Source: Octopus sinensis
Lineage: Eukaryota
Length of the DNA: 64,000 nucleotides
Direction: 5' to 3'
Assembly: GCF_006345805.1 (NCBI RefSeq)
Contig: NC_043000.1
Span: 30,566,001 to 30,630,000, forward strand
Each line of letters starts with the position of its first letter. The first letter of the stretch is position 1. The notes beneath the pieces were generated by a model, which did not search any database, was not told the DNA's origin, and saw nothing but the letters and a program-made list of their open reading frames with translations. This document shows, one piece after another, positions 1 to 13,016 of the stretch. Both the position numbers and the translations under genes were made by a program.

Positions 1-582
1 TGAAATGATAATCGACCGCAAGAAGTATATAATTTCTCGGAAAAAGCCTCCTACAACCACAAGCAAAAGGAGATATATTAGAATTGCTTTAAAGATATAT
101 AATTTATATTTCAATTTAAATTTATTCTCTTCACTTCCTGATTCAAAATTAACGGCGATCTATGGTGATAGTTTTCAAATGTGTTCATTAAATTTCTCCA
201 CCGATCTGTCTTTAGCAATTTTCATATTTTTTAGTAAGTTTTCAATTCTTACCAGAAGTAATATAATTAATCTAAATGTGATTATGTTATGTCAATGACA
301 TACAATTATCTCAAAATATAAAAACAAGTTTTTCCTAGAAATATTTATAACTGACACGAAATATTAAAATACGGTATAATGTATTATACGTTATTGATGA
401 GAAAGAGTAAATATTCAACAAAACTTTATTCTCACTCTAAAGAGAAATCTTTTGGACAATGTTTTTCTTTTTGTTTCTGCAAACGGTTTATCCAAAAGCT
501 ACAAACACTCACACTCACACACACACACGCAGATATACATACATACATACATACATACATAAATACATACATACATGTATAT

Positions 583-863
583 ATTACCGTGATTACCGTG
601 ACCGACCAGGCTATCAGATGTTGCTACACATCGCTGGTCACAATGCGCTTCGCATTGTTTTAGCCTTCAAATGACGCCATCCCGCTAGCTAAGCGAGCAG
701 TCCAACAGAAGAAAGAGTGAGGGAAAGTTGTGGCGAAAGAGTACAGCAGGGATCGCCACCACCTCCCGCCGGAGCGTCGTCGAGCTTTAGGTGTTTTCGC
801 TCAATAAACACTCACAACGCCCGGTCTGGGAATCGAAACCGCGATCCTACGACCGTTGCGTCT

Positions 864-866
<3 letters not shown>
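583..866 (-). mobile_element. tRNA-derived SINE, family C head with tail type 1
   Basis: Reverse complement has B-box-like GGTTTCGATTCCC and the body CAGACCGGGCGTTGTGAGTGTTTATTGAGCGAAAACACCTAAAGCTC shared with 1694-2078 and 15718-16103; ends in a short TCACGGTAA repeat. Confidence 0.85.
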
Positions 867-931
<65 letters not shown>

Positions 932-964
932 TGCATATCTATCTATCTAATTATCTATCTCCCA

Positions 965-1071
965 AGGTGCCAATGCGTAACACCTTGGACAAGTATCTCG
1001 GACCGACCAAAGCCTTGTGAGTGGATTTAGTAGGCGGGAACTGAAAGAAGCCCGTCGTATATATATATGTG

Positions 1072-1112
<41 letters not shown>

Positions 1113-1338
1113 TTGTGTATATTTTTGTGAGTCTGTGTTTATCCCCCCAACATCGCTTGACAACCGATGCTGGTGTGTTTACCTCCTCGTAACTTAGCAG
1201 TTCGGCAAAAAAGGCCGATAGAATAAGTACTAAGCTTACAAAAATATAAGTCCTGGGATCGATTTTCTCGACTAAAGGCGGTGCTCCAGGATGGCAACAG
1301 TCAAATGACTAAAACAAGCAAAAGAGTAAAAGAGTAAA
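965..1338 (+). mobile_element. SINE family B (CORE-like, internal microsatellite), 5' truncated
   Basis: CACCTTGGACAAGT CORE-like segment, internal (TA)n/(TG)n, tail GGCGGTGCTCCAG...AAAAGAGTAAAAGAG; many copies in the window. Confidence 0.85.
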
Positions 1339-1626
1339 ATAGTATATATGCAAGAGTACTATGGGATCAACTGCATCGTTAAAACTAGAAGTCAAAAATG
1401 CTTCTGTGCTACGGAGTAGTTACAAAGCTTGTACAAGCATGATAGGAAGAAATTCCAGTGAAAAATATATTTGTCTTTTTTTTCTCTGCTAGGTCAGCAA
1501 AAGTAATGCTGGTAAAGATGATATGATTTCGAATTTAGCACCAAACGGAGCTTGATTCTCGTCAGCCAACAACTCCTAAAATTTACGCCTACCATGCTTG
1601 CAAGTTTGTTTGAAGAGGCCAATCAC

Positions 1627-1660
<34 letters not shown>

Positions 1661-1693
1661 CACATATATATACATATACATATGTATCTATAT

Positions 1694-2078
1694 GTGGAGG
1701 AGCAATAGTCCAGGGGTTAGGGCTGCGGACTCACGGTCGTGGGATCACGGTTTCGATTCCCAGACTGGGTGTAGTGAGTGTTTATTGAGCGAAAACACCT
1801 AAAGCTCGACGAGGCTCTGGCAGGGGGTGGTAACGAACCCTGATGTACTCTTTCACCGCAACTTTCTCTCACTCTTTCTTCCTCTTTCTGTTCTACCTGT
1901 ATTTCAAAGGACCTGTCTTGTCACACTCTGTGTCACGCTGAATCTCCCCGAGGACCAAGTTAAGGTTACACGTGTCTGTGGAGTGCTCAGCCACTTGCAC
2001 ATTAATTTCGGGAGCAGGCTGTTCCGTTGATCGGATCAACTGGAACCCTCGTCGTCGTAACCAACGGAGTGCCACGAC
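1694..2078 (+). mobile_element. tRNA-derived SINE, family C with tail type 2
   Basis: tRNA-like head with GGTTTCGATTCCC; colinear with 15718-16103. Confidence 0.88.
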
Positions 2079-2577
2079 AATCTACATACATATATGTGCG
2101 TGTTGTGTGTGCTTGTGTGTATATGTGTGTGTGCTTGCGTGTATGTGTATATGTGTGTGTGTCTGTATATGTTCAAATTAAAATGTAATAGCTACTTCAC
2201 TTTGTTACACCTTTGTATTATGAGTTCATTTACCTGCATATTCATCATTTGTCTTCCCTTTTTTCGTTTATACTTGTTATCAGACCAATCACCTTTCCGG
2301 CTGCACATCCGGATGGATGTTCCAGCTGATGTGAGCACAATACATTACATCGTGTTTTATGTATCGTCAAACATTGTTCCTGACAGCCATATTGACATGT
2401 CTTATATTTGTATGAAATAAAATCAGAATTCTTCACACGTCTTTATTTTTCCTTCCTTTGGACATCTTAATGTTTCTAAAATGTTTTCCAGGAAGTGTCA
2501 TATTGACAGGCGATAACCTTAAAAGGTTAAGACCGAATTCATTATTCCACAGACATATTTGTATTTTATTAATATCT

Positions 2578-2766
2578 AGGTGCATGTGTGGCTGTCTGGT
2601 ACGTATCTTGCTTACCAACGTCATGGTTCTGGGTTCAGTCTCACTGCGTGGCACCTTGGCAAGTGTCTTCTTCTATAGCTTCGGGTCGATCAAAACTTTG
2701 TGAGTGGATTTGGTAAACGGAAACTGAACGAAGCCCGTCGTATATATATATATATACATACATACA

Positions 2767-2815
<49 letters not shown>

Positions 2816-3052
2816 ATATGTGTGTGTGTGTGTGTGTGTGTATGTCTGTGTTTGTCCCCCACCATCGCTTGACAACCGATGCTGGTGTGTTCACATCCCC
2901 GTAACATAGCGCTTCGGCCGAATAGGCCGCTAGAAGATGAACTAGGCATACAAAGAATAAGCCCCGGGGTCGATTTACTTTACTAATGGCGGTGCTCCAT
3001 CATGGCCGCAATCAAATGACTGAAACAAGTAAAAGGATAAAAGAATAAAAGA
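2578..3052 (+). mobile_element. SINE family B, near full length
   Basis: Head TGTGGCTGTCTGGT...GGTTCAGTC, GGCACCTTGGCAAGT, internal (TA)n(TG)n, A-rich short-repeat tail. Confidence 0.85.
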
Positions 3053-3112
3053 ATATATTCTGAGTAAGAACGTTGTTGCTACAACTAAACAAGGAAGACT
3101 GCAGCTCACTTC

Positions 3113-3149
<37 letters not shown>

Positions 3150-3808
3150 GTCTGTCTGTCTGAATGTCTGTCTGTATTTATATCTGTATCTCTCTTTCAT
3201 AAACTAAAATATTTATTACTATCGTTTATCTCTCTTTTTATTCTTCTACCTGCTTATTTCATAGAAACGGTTTTCTGTAACGTTTACAAACATTTGTGAT
3301 CCAATCAGGTTTTCTTCCATTTACACAGCGAGACCGGGAATGAGTCAAAACGATCAAATCTACCCCCATTGCATGGTACCTTGGGCAACTGTCTCTGACT
3401 CTAGCCCCGAACCGACAAAAACATTGTAAGTAGATTTGGTAGACGGAAACTGAAAGAAATTCGTCGCGTGTGTGTTTGTGCTCGTCCGCCACCATCGCTT
3501 GACAACCGGATTTGGTTTCTATACCTCCATGTTAGTGATTCGAGAAAAAGAGACCGATGTAATAGTACAGGGGTCGATTCATCCGAATAAAATTTCTCCA
3601 AGATGGTACGAAGCATGGCTGCTGTCTAAGGACTGAAGCATGTAAAAGATAAAAGATTAAAAACTGGTGAGAAAAAGCAAACGTTTAAATCTCGTTTTTT
3701 AATATTTTGAACCATTACACACTTTCACAACACCACTAACAATATATTCACTGTCAGTTCCAGAATTTTTCCAAATGTTTGAAGAATATTAAAATTTATT
3801 TCTTCTAG

Positions 3809-5877
3809 TTTGATTTTCATCAAAGCAAACGCATAAAATCTTTAAAGGATTTAAATACCGATTGTAAACAAAAAGGAAAGTGTTATGTTGTCACTTTATT
3901 GGAAACTCTGAAGATTTAATAAGAGACACAGAATGGTATTGACATGAAAATTGGTGACAAATGAAGCATCTGTGAAAGTGTAGTAAAAACAGGTATGAAA
4001 ATAACGAAACGAAATAGCAAAAATGCTCTTTGCATAAACACCATGCTTATTGTTAGTTACAGCAAATGCATGCTAACTACAAATGTGATAATAACATGAC
4101 GAAGACAACGGTAAATAATGTCCAGAAAAATATAACAAAAATTACAGAAATTAGTAAACGAACTGATGACAACAAAAGTAAATGCCATGTAACAAGGGAA
4201 ATTTCAGAAGTCGAGAAACAATAAAGTATATACATCGAGACACTTCAGAAAATATTTTTGACAGACGCAAACATAAGCATATGGCGAATAATATAATTTT
4301 CTCACAAGTTATAGCTGTATCGATGGAAACAGACTTGAATCATAATGGAATAAGGCACTCTTTATATAATATCAACAAAAACAATGGAACAAAAATTGTA
4401 GAACAGAGAATTACCAAAACCGAAATATATCTGCTTATACAGTAAAAATAGAAATAAAGCGGTAAAACATAAAAATGAAAATGTGAACTTTTTCCTTTTT
4501 CTAGAAACCAAAGAAAAATATAAAATAGATGATGTGACAGATATATCGGATAAGTCTGCTTAATATGGGAATATTTTTCTCAAGAGAATTCTGTCTTTGA
4601 AGCAAATACAAATAATAAGTCACAATAAGAAAAGAAATAAATCATCGTGGTGATGGCGAAAACCCAATGTTTAACAAAAGTCAAACATATTTGGAAAGCA
4701 AATGGCGTCAAACAATAGAACGTAAGAAAATTTTAGAAGGAATAACAACAGCAAAATAAAGCATAATGAAAGAAATAATAGATTCAGTTATAAGCCATAC
4801 AGAAGTTATATAGCAGCTGAAAAACATACCGAACTTGCAAATACATTCATTTCTCTGGTTAAAATTGTTGATCACTGCAGAATACACAATAGAAAAGGTT
4901 TTCAACAATGCACTGGTATCAAAATCCAAGAATTTATTAAAATTGACAGCAGAGAGAAATGCAGGAGAAACTATGAACAAATGCCGCAGATTTGTTCTCG
5001 GTTGGCTTGTTGGGTTTTGCTTATCTCCCTTGCTCAATATGTTGAATTTTTAGTAAACGGTATTTGGGTTACATTAAGGAATTTACTTTTAAAATAAACG
5101 GAAAAATTTATCACAAATTATTAGAAATATTACTATAAAATTAGTATTATAAAGTCTGTTACTAATTACATATTTTAGAATGAAGTTATAAATTTGCAAT
5201 CCGAGCTAAATTCCAATATTTATTTTGGAATAGAAATAATTAAAAAATCTAAGGATATGAAACAGCTTTTGTATGAATATCTAACAAACAATGCAAATTT
5301 GTGTGTGTACACCAAGGAAGAACTTATATTAAGGTACGGTTCCGACTTAAAACGTGGGTACCCTGGGCTGTATTTCGGAGGCCCAACAGATATAAGGGCG
5401 CAAGTCTTCTCTACGTAAGCTGTCAATAAATAAATGCTACAGGGCCCAATGCAAAAATAACCGTGGTTGGAACAAGTGAAATGAAAAAGAAATAAGAATA
5501 TGAGGCATTAAACGAATGTGGAACTCCAAAACGTAGAGAATAATTTTGGGGGAAGAAATACCAATTTATGGCGTTTATCGAGCACAAACGACAGAAAGTT
5601 CAAGTTATTGTGACAAACAGCAATAGTATCGAAGATTTGGCTTGAAGGCAAATATAGAGAGTTTTGTTCAGCTGCCTGATGTGAAAACCTCCATTATGGA
5701 ACACCAAATTAATTCACTAATCAAGAATATATTCTTAATTCCAGGTTGGATATTCATCAATCTAATTTTTGGCTTCTCAGTCCACATAAAGATGCAATAT
5801 ATCACCTGGCATTACCTGATAGGGAGCTGAATTCATTAGCTAAAATGGCGGTACGTTTGCATCAAGAGAGAAGTTAA
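3809..5877 (+). pseudogene. Decayed coding-like sequence, product unknown
   Basis: Long stop-poor frames broken by isolated stops and frameshifts, e.g. 4726-5097 (about 124 open codons) and 5179-5418 (NEVINLQSEL...LKRGYPGLYFGGPTDIRAQVFST); no microsatellites; AG acceptor-like sites precede 3809 and 5179. Confidence 0.4.
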
Positions 5878-5894
5878 TTGATATATCGACGCAC

Positions 5895-6590
5895 TTAATT
5901 CTTCATACACCTTACACTAACAAATACAATCCAAGTCCCTATCTTTCCGTATAGACAGTATCTGACCCAAACCTTATACAAATCATCAGATTTCGACATA
6001 ATGTAACACAAAACATTCTGTTGCATATCCTTCGGGATAAATATCCTGCTCGGGGCCATAGTTAGAGATATATTTCGTTCTAGATCATTCAGTTCAGATA
6101 ACTGTTGATCATGTAGTGGCACGCTTATGGGTATTTTACTGAGTACACGTATCTACCATTGTTGGTCCATTCTTGTCAATGTTAAATTTGATACCTGATT
6201 TCATGCAATATGTTCCACTAAATAATTTTTAATCAAACACCTCTAAAACAGCAAACATTTTGCAAGCACATCTTTAAAATAACTCATGTAATTTTTTTTT
6301 TTTTTAAGAGCTGAATAGAAAATGCAAATATGTTTGCCTTTCTTCATTAAAATATGAAGAAAAACACGGAAAGCTTCAGGTTTAAATGAAGTTGTTAATG
6401 CTTCCCGCAGCTTCTCAACACACAACAGCACTGATTTATACAATATGTGGGATAATAGCAATGGTCCCAAATCGATTGTAGCAATATCATTCTCCAAAAA
6501 TATTTGGTCGTTTTCTTACCGGCAAAATCTATTTTACAGCAGCAAACTCTTGACATAACGCAAAAACGAGATCTAGTTTCTAGTAACAAA
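5895..6590 (-). pseudogene. Decayed coding-like sequence convergent with the previous block, product unknown
   Basis: Protein-like frames 5895-6122 and 6243-6497; the first continues upstream through isolated stops (LTLTRMDQQW*IRVLSKIPISVPLHDQQL). Confidence 0.4.
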
Positions 6591-6689
6591 TAAGGTTTGG
6601 AGAGGGCAGAGGGAACAACGATATTTGCTGCTCCTGAGCCTATTGAAATGATAATAACTATTACAGTATAAATGCCAAATGTCTTCAGA

Positions 6690-6822
6690 TAGCACGCCGG
6701 GCGAAATGCGTAGCCGTATTTCGTCTGCCGTTACGTTCTGAGTTCAAATTCCGCCGAGGTCGACTTGCCTAAAGGCGGTGCTCCAGCATGAAACAAGTTA
6801 AAGAGTAAAAGAATAAAAGAAT
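6690..6822 (+). mobile_element. Chimeric short SINE: family A head joined to family B tail
   Basis: AGCACGCCGGGCGAAATG...GAGGTCGAC followed within a few bases by CTAAAGGCGGTGCTCCAGCATG...AAAGAGTAAAAGAA. Confidence 0.7.
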
Positions 6823-8455
6823 ATATATACAGAGAGAGAGAGAAAGAGAAATGTATAGAGAGATTGACTTATACATGTGTGTGCGTGTATATATATATAT
6901 ACGTCTATGTAATTTATAGGATATTATATTAATCGTATTGCGTTATACATGCATAAAAGATAAGATACCTCTGTTAAAAGATGTTAAAATATTTAAATTA
7001 TAAAACATATTTGACAGAAAATTGTACGTCATATGATGGGCAGGAAAACTTTATTGCATTCATGTAATAAAAAATAATAATTTGTATTCTATTCAAAGCA
7101 ATTACTTTCATTTAAGTTTTAAGAAGGTGATTATATGGACCTCTTACATTGTGTGTACCTAGATTTTTTTTATTTGCTCCCAAATTTAAGATTTTTTAAG
7201 ATAGTTAACAATGCCCCCAATCTTGCAAATTTTTCAAAAATTCAAAAATTATGAAACATGTAGCCTATCTTGTGATTTGTATTGAAATATAGTTCTTCAT
7301 CTTGTTATGTGAAATTATACACAACCTTGTAATTTCAATTGCTAGATAGAATTACCATTTTTGAAAAAAAAAAATGATGATCATAGAGAAAACAAAAGCA
7401 GGAACTGACAAATCATAAAAAATATCAATAAATATTCTTTGTTAAATTGAATATTTTCTTTCGACAACTTGCCAGATTTATATTTTAGCAGACATATACA
7501 ATATCCTCAAGCTTCCAAGTGGATATTAATTCCACAAACGCAAAAAAAAGTTAACTTATGGAAAACGGCTGCAATCAATTTTTTTTGCCGCAATAATTTA
7601 CTGCAGGGAATAAAATCTGGTTGTAAAACATAACCAATAATATATTCGCTATATTTAAAAGAGATGATTGGAAAAAGAACGAATGTAAGGATACAAGCTA
7701 TCTTATTCTCTCCTTCTCTCGTATACCATCACTCATTCATTCACTCTCTCTTTCTCTCTCACTGTATCTATCTCCACGCTATCGCTCTCTTTCCCTTTCC
7801 CTTCCACTATCACACTCTCTTTCACACACAACCCTATCGCTACATCTTCCCACTCTCGCTCTTCCGTTCAATCTCCCTCTGTTTCTCTCTCTCTCTCTCT
7901 CTCTGTTTATCATTAAGTACCTCTATTTTCTCCCTATCTTTGTGACAAAATATCTTTTTATTTTCTCTCCTCTCTACCTTCTCCTACACTCTCCTTCTCT
8001 TCACTCCCTCGGCCTGTCCTTCGCTCTCTCCTTCACCCCTTCTCTTTCTCCTTGTGTTTTTTCACTTCGTATCTCCCTCTCTCTCACTGAGTATTCCTGC
8101 ACATATACATAAAGATGTATTATGACTAAGACAGGAAGAAATTCAGAAACATCAACGACCACAATACTTTACAAAGGGAAGTTACGTCCTTTTAAAGACT
8201 TCATGCGTCTTCTTCGAAAGGCGTATTCAACGGTCATCTCAGGGTTAACAAACTACAACATTTCGCTTTCCTCCAATGTGAGGAATATCTCACCATTTAT
8301 ATATTTATATACCCAGACGTATACAAAGGCAATCTATTTTAATCATAGGGAATCAAAGGCCCTTTCAGCGTTTCCGAGATTTTTAGATAAAAATTTAATA
8401 AATATACGCAGACATATTTATACACATACATACACGCGCGCATACACACACATAT

Positions 8456-8581
<126 letters not shown>

Positions 8582-8584
8582 TGT

Positions 8585-8840
8585 GACAATTAGTTGGTTG
8601 TCATAATAAAATTCAGTTTCTGATGCCGGGGCTGAAGTCTGCTCCGGCATCTCATCTGTTATTAAGACAAACGCTATCTTTTGTCTAAAATAATTGATGA
8701 GATGCCGGAGCAGACTTCAGCCCCGGCATCCGAAACTCTGAGTTTTATTATGACAACCAACTAATTGTCCCATATTATATTTATAGAGAAATTCCTGTAT
8801 TTTACATAATATAGAGTTCTCATTCATTATTTTGCTGTCA
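8585..8840. mobile_element. Penelope-like LTR/retrozyme-type element; 185-bp hairpin (8585-8769) with a hammerhead motif on each strand
   Basis: Near-perfect inverted arms; + arm AATAA TTGATGA GATGCCGG...CCGGCATC C GAAA CTCTGAG TT TTATT; - arm core reads CAGATGA; (TA)n on both sides. Confidence 0.75.
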
Positions 8841-9017
8841 TATATATATATATGTGGGGGGATGTGGGGGTGCGTGTGTGTGTGTGGTCGCATGGTTTAG
8901 TGGTTAATGTGTTGCACTCACGATTGTGAGATCATGGCTTCGATTCCCAGACCGGGCGTTGTGTTGTGTTCTTAAGCAGAGAACTTCATTACACGTTGCT
9001 CTGCTATCAGTTCGTTA

Positions 9018-9063
<46 letters not shown>

Positions 9064-9064
<1 letters not shown>

Positions 9065-9470
9065 TAGGTTGGTAAGAAAGTAATGTCGGTTTCTTAGTGT
9101 GAAATAAAAGTCATTTTATTTTCATACAAAAAATTAACTTTAATCACTTGTATATTTTTCATTTTGTTCGATGATCTTTCTGGCAACTTCAGGATTCCGC
9201 GCTCATAGAAATTTTGGTCCTTATCAGCCAAAACTGAAGCAAGTGCGATTTGATGTCCCCATCATTATTGAAAGTTTGCAAACTTCGAGATAAATGGTAA
9301 TCTGATGGTGCAAGGTAAGAGCTATATGGTGGACGTGACATCACTTCCCAACAAAGATCCAATCATTTTTCACGAGTTAGGAAAAGCATGACTGGTCTCG
9401 CGTTGTCATGGCACAACACGATTCCTTTACGATTTGCCAATTCTGGCAGTTATTTTTTTATTGCTTGAAC
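9064..9470 (-). mobile_element. Mariner transposase 3' remnant with terminal repeat
   Basis: Minus translation PELANRKGIVLCHDNARP...WEVMSRPPYSSYLAPSDYHL (HDNARPH and YSPDLAPSD motifs); terminus TA|TTAGGTTGG. Confidence 0.9.
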
Positions 9471-9659
9471 CCCTTGAAAAATGGATTTTCTACAATAACA
9501 TCAACCGAAAACGATCGTGGTTCAAGGGTCAAAGAAAAACTTCACAGAAATAAGGAACATATTCTCAGCTGTTCAAGTGCTTATTTCATAAATGCGGGGG
9601 AGCTGGTTACTGCTGAATGGAGTTAACTGCTAGAGCATAATGGCTGGCAGCTTTATAAT

Positions 9660-10135
9660 GACTGGCACTCGTTCGGTTACAACGACGAAGGTTTCAGTTG
9701 ATCCGAACAACGGAACATGGAAGTGGCTGAACACTCCATAGACACGTGTACCATTCATGTATTTCTCAGCGTAATACAGAATGTGACAAGGGTTGTCGTT
9801 TGATAGGCGGCGAGCTGGCAGCAACGCTAGCACTCCGGGCGAAATGCGTAGCCGTATTTCGTCTGCGGTTACGTTCTGAGTTCAAATTCCGCCGAGGTCG
9901 ACTTTGCCTTTCATCCTTTCGAGGTCGATAAATTAAGTACCAGTTACGCACTGGGGTCGATATAATCGACTTAATCCGTTTGTCTGGCCTTGTTTGCCCC
10001 CTCTGTGTTTAGCCCCTCGTGGGTAGTAAAGAAATCAGGGTGGTCCTTTGAATTATAGGTACAACTCACTCAATCTTGCCAGCTGAGTGGGATGGAACAA
10101 CATGAAATAACGTGCCTTGCTCAAGGATACAACGC
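9660..10135 (-). mobile_element. Older family C-type SINE remnant interrupted by a family A SINE
   Basis: Tail type 2 sequence on both sides of the insert; imperfect 15-bp TSD AGGGTTGTCGTTTGA (9789-9803) / AGGGTGGTCCTTTGA (10037-10051). Confidence 0.7.
9806..10035 (+). mobile_element. tRNA-derived SINE family A
   Basis: GGCGGCGAGCTGGCAG head, GAGTTCAAATTCC B-box, core GTCGACTTTGCCTTTCATCCTTTCG.GGTCGATAAA. Confidence 0.9.
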
Positions 10136-11178
10136 GGGCTTGCAGCTACTGATCGATGAATGTTGTTCAATAAGGATGCTGCGTTTTAATTGTAGAATCG
10201 ATGATCAGCGACTGAGGAACGATGCCGAGTGGTTTCCTTTATTCTGATTATAAATCTGGGTATTCGGAGTAAAATCGACGGCAGATTTTAGACGATTATA
10301 AGAATGTTCGTGCAGCTGTCGCTGTGGAAATTTTTGATTATTTTTATCAAAGATTCGAATAATTAGCGTTAAAGTATTGTGAGTACATTACGGTTTGGGA
10401 GTGTATTTATCTGTAAACTGTTTTTGAGGATTAATTACAGTGCGAAATTGCGTTTAAAGCCGAAACTTGATACGGTAAATTAATATTTTAAATTAAAATT
10501 AAGGTGCAAAGAGTAAAAATATAAATTATAACTGTTATGTGAAAACCTCTATAATTCTTTATATGAGGGAAATCTATTTACCTTATTGTTCTCTCTTTTC
10601 CCCCTCCTTCTCCATCTCTCTGCTGCACTCTCCCTCTCTTCATCTTCTCTCTCTCTTCTTCCATCTTCTTTCCTTTCGCCCTCTCTCTTCAGCTCTTTGT
10701 TTTCCTCCGCCTGACTACGTTCCCTCTTGCGATTCCAATACTTTCTTCCCCGATTCTACAGTTGATGCTCTTGCTAGAATATTAATTTTAATTCTCCATT
10801 CATTGTAAATATATTTCTGTATTCATATCTGTGTTTTACTGAAAAAGAAATCAATATATAAAATAAATATAAAATCACACTTTTGTCATAAATTTCCCTT
10901 TATCTACACAATTACTTGTAGAATAAATATATGTATAAATATATCTATTGTAATGATGTTAAATGTATTAAATTAAGTGTTTTATCACATGAATATCCGG
11001 CCAGAATAAATACTGCTGAAGTTGTGTTACCTTTGAAAACCCGTGTTGGGTTAACGGATAAAATAAAGAAAGTGAAAATAAGGTTTATGTAGATACACTT
11101 TATACGTGAGAAGATGCAAGCCATATGACTTTGTGACCAATTGATAAACACACACACGTACATACATACATGCATACA

Positions 11179-11399
11179 AGGCGGCGAGCTTGCAGAACCG
11201 TTAGCACGCCGGTCGAAATGCGTAGCCGTATTTCGTCTGCCGTCACGTTCTGAGTTCAAATTCCGCCGAGGTCGACTTTGCCTTTCATCCTTTCGGAGTC
11301 GATAAATAAAGTACCAGTTTCGCACTGGGGTTGATGTAATCCGTTTGTCTGTCCTTGTTTGTCCCCTCTATGTTTAGCCCCTTGTGGGTAATAAAGAAA
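11179..11399 (+). mobile_element. SINE family A
   Basis: Same head and core as 9806; CATACATGCATACA direct repeat on both sides. Confidence 0.9.
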
Positions 11400-11806
11400 C
11401 GCATACATGCATACATGCACACAGGGAACACATGCATGCGTTTATACGTAAATATACTATACGTAAATATATCTATGTATAAACATGCATATATTTAAAT
11501 CCCTCACACTATTTTGTGAACAACGTTTGCCATTTCTTTCTCGTGAAGAAGGAAGCTGGTCTTATGGAAATATCTATATGCGACCATTTACCCATGGCGT
11601 TTTGCACGTTCTCTCTGCTAATTATGAACATCACGATTATTGTGTAGTTCCGAGCTTCCAGAAGTGGCTGGCGGGTTAAAAGCATTATGCCTTCTCTCCT
11701 TAGTGTACTGCATTTTTACTCCCTATGTAAATTTCCCGCTCTCTCCCTCTGTCTGTCTGTCTGTCTATATGTGTGTCTTTTTCTGTCTCTGTCTGTCTTT
11801 CCTGTA

Positions 11807-11907
<101 letters not shown>

Positions 11908-12037
11908 GTGTGCGTGTATGTGTGTATATATATACTTATATAATTATCTATATGCTTGTATTCATCTAAATATATTTAGTTATATACATATATATCTTAC
12001 TCTCTTTCTGTTTCTCTCTCTCTCTCTCTCTCTCTCT

Positions 12038-12113
<76 letters not shown>

Positions 12114-12304
12114 ATATATATATATATATAAATCTATGTATTATGTATTTATATATATATAAGCACTGTGGCCTTCCACACCGTTTCCGTCTGCTAAGAT
12201 CCATCGCAAAGCATTGGTCAGTCCGGGATTATAATAGGCTTAGCTAATAAATGTGAATTTACGTGTACATGAATGTATGCATTGCTACTTGACATCCTGT
12301 TACT

Positions 12305-12380
<76 letters not shown>

Positions 12381-12616
12381 TGTGCGTGCGTGCGTGCGCG
12401 CATGTGTGTCTTCCCCTCGTCGCTTGATAATAGGTATTAATGTGTTTACGTCTCTTAAAATTAGCGTTTCGATAAAATAGGTGTTCTGGACATGAAATAG
12501 ACATTATAAAAGTGTTGGGGTTGATTTGTTTTACCTTCACTGTAGTGCTCCAGTGTGACCACCATTCCACTGACTGTACACGCCAAACTACTCCACAAGC
12601 CTATACAGCTAGAATA

Positions 12617-13016
12617 AGGCGGCGAGCTGGCAGAATGGTTAGCACGCCGAGCGAAATGCTTAGCGGTATTTCGTCTGCCGTTATGTTCTGAGTTCAAATT
12701 CCGCCGAGGTCGACTTTGCCTTTCATCCTTTCGGGGTCGATTAAATAAGTACCAGTCACACACTGGGGTCGACATAGTCGGCTTAATCCGTTTGTCTGTC
12801 CTTGTTTGTCCTCTCTGTGTTTAGCCCCTTGTGGGTAGTAAAGAAATAGGTATTTCGTCTGCCGTTATGTTTTGAGTTCAAATTCCGCCGAGGTCGACTT
12901 TGCCTTTCATCCTTTCGGGGTCGATAAATTAAGTACCAGTTTCGTACTAGACTCGATCTAATCAATTGGTCCCCTTCCTCAAAATTTCGGGCCTGGTACC
13001 TAGAGTAGAAAAGAAT
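12617..13016 (+). mobile_element. SINE family A tandem dimer
   Basis: Full unit, then restart at GGTATTTCGTCTGCCG (about 12849); imperfect TSD TATACAGCTAGAAT / TATGCAGTTAGATT around the whole dimer. Confidence 0.85.

Noticed and set aside
9806-9900. tRNA-like sequences here and at other SINE heads
   Set aside because: They continue into SINE bodies and no full cloverleaf is evident; not tRNA genes
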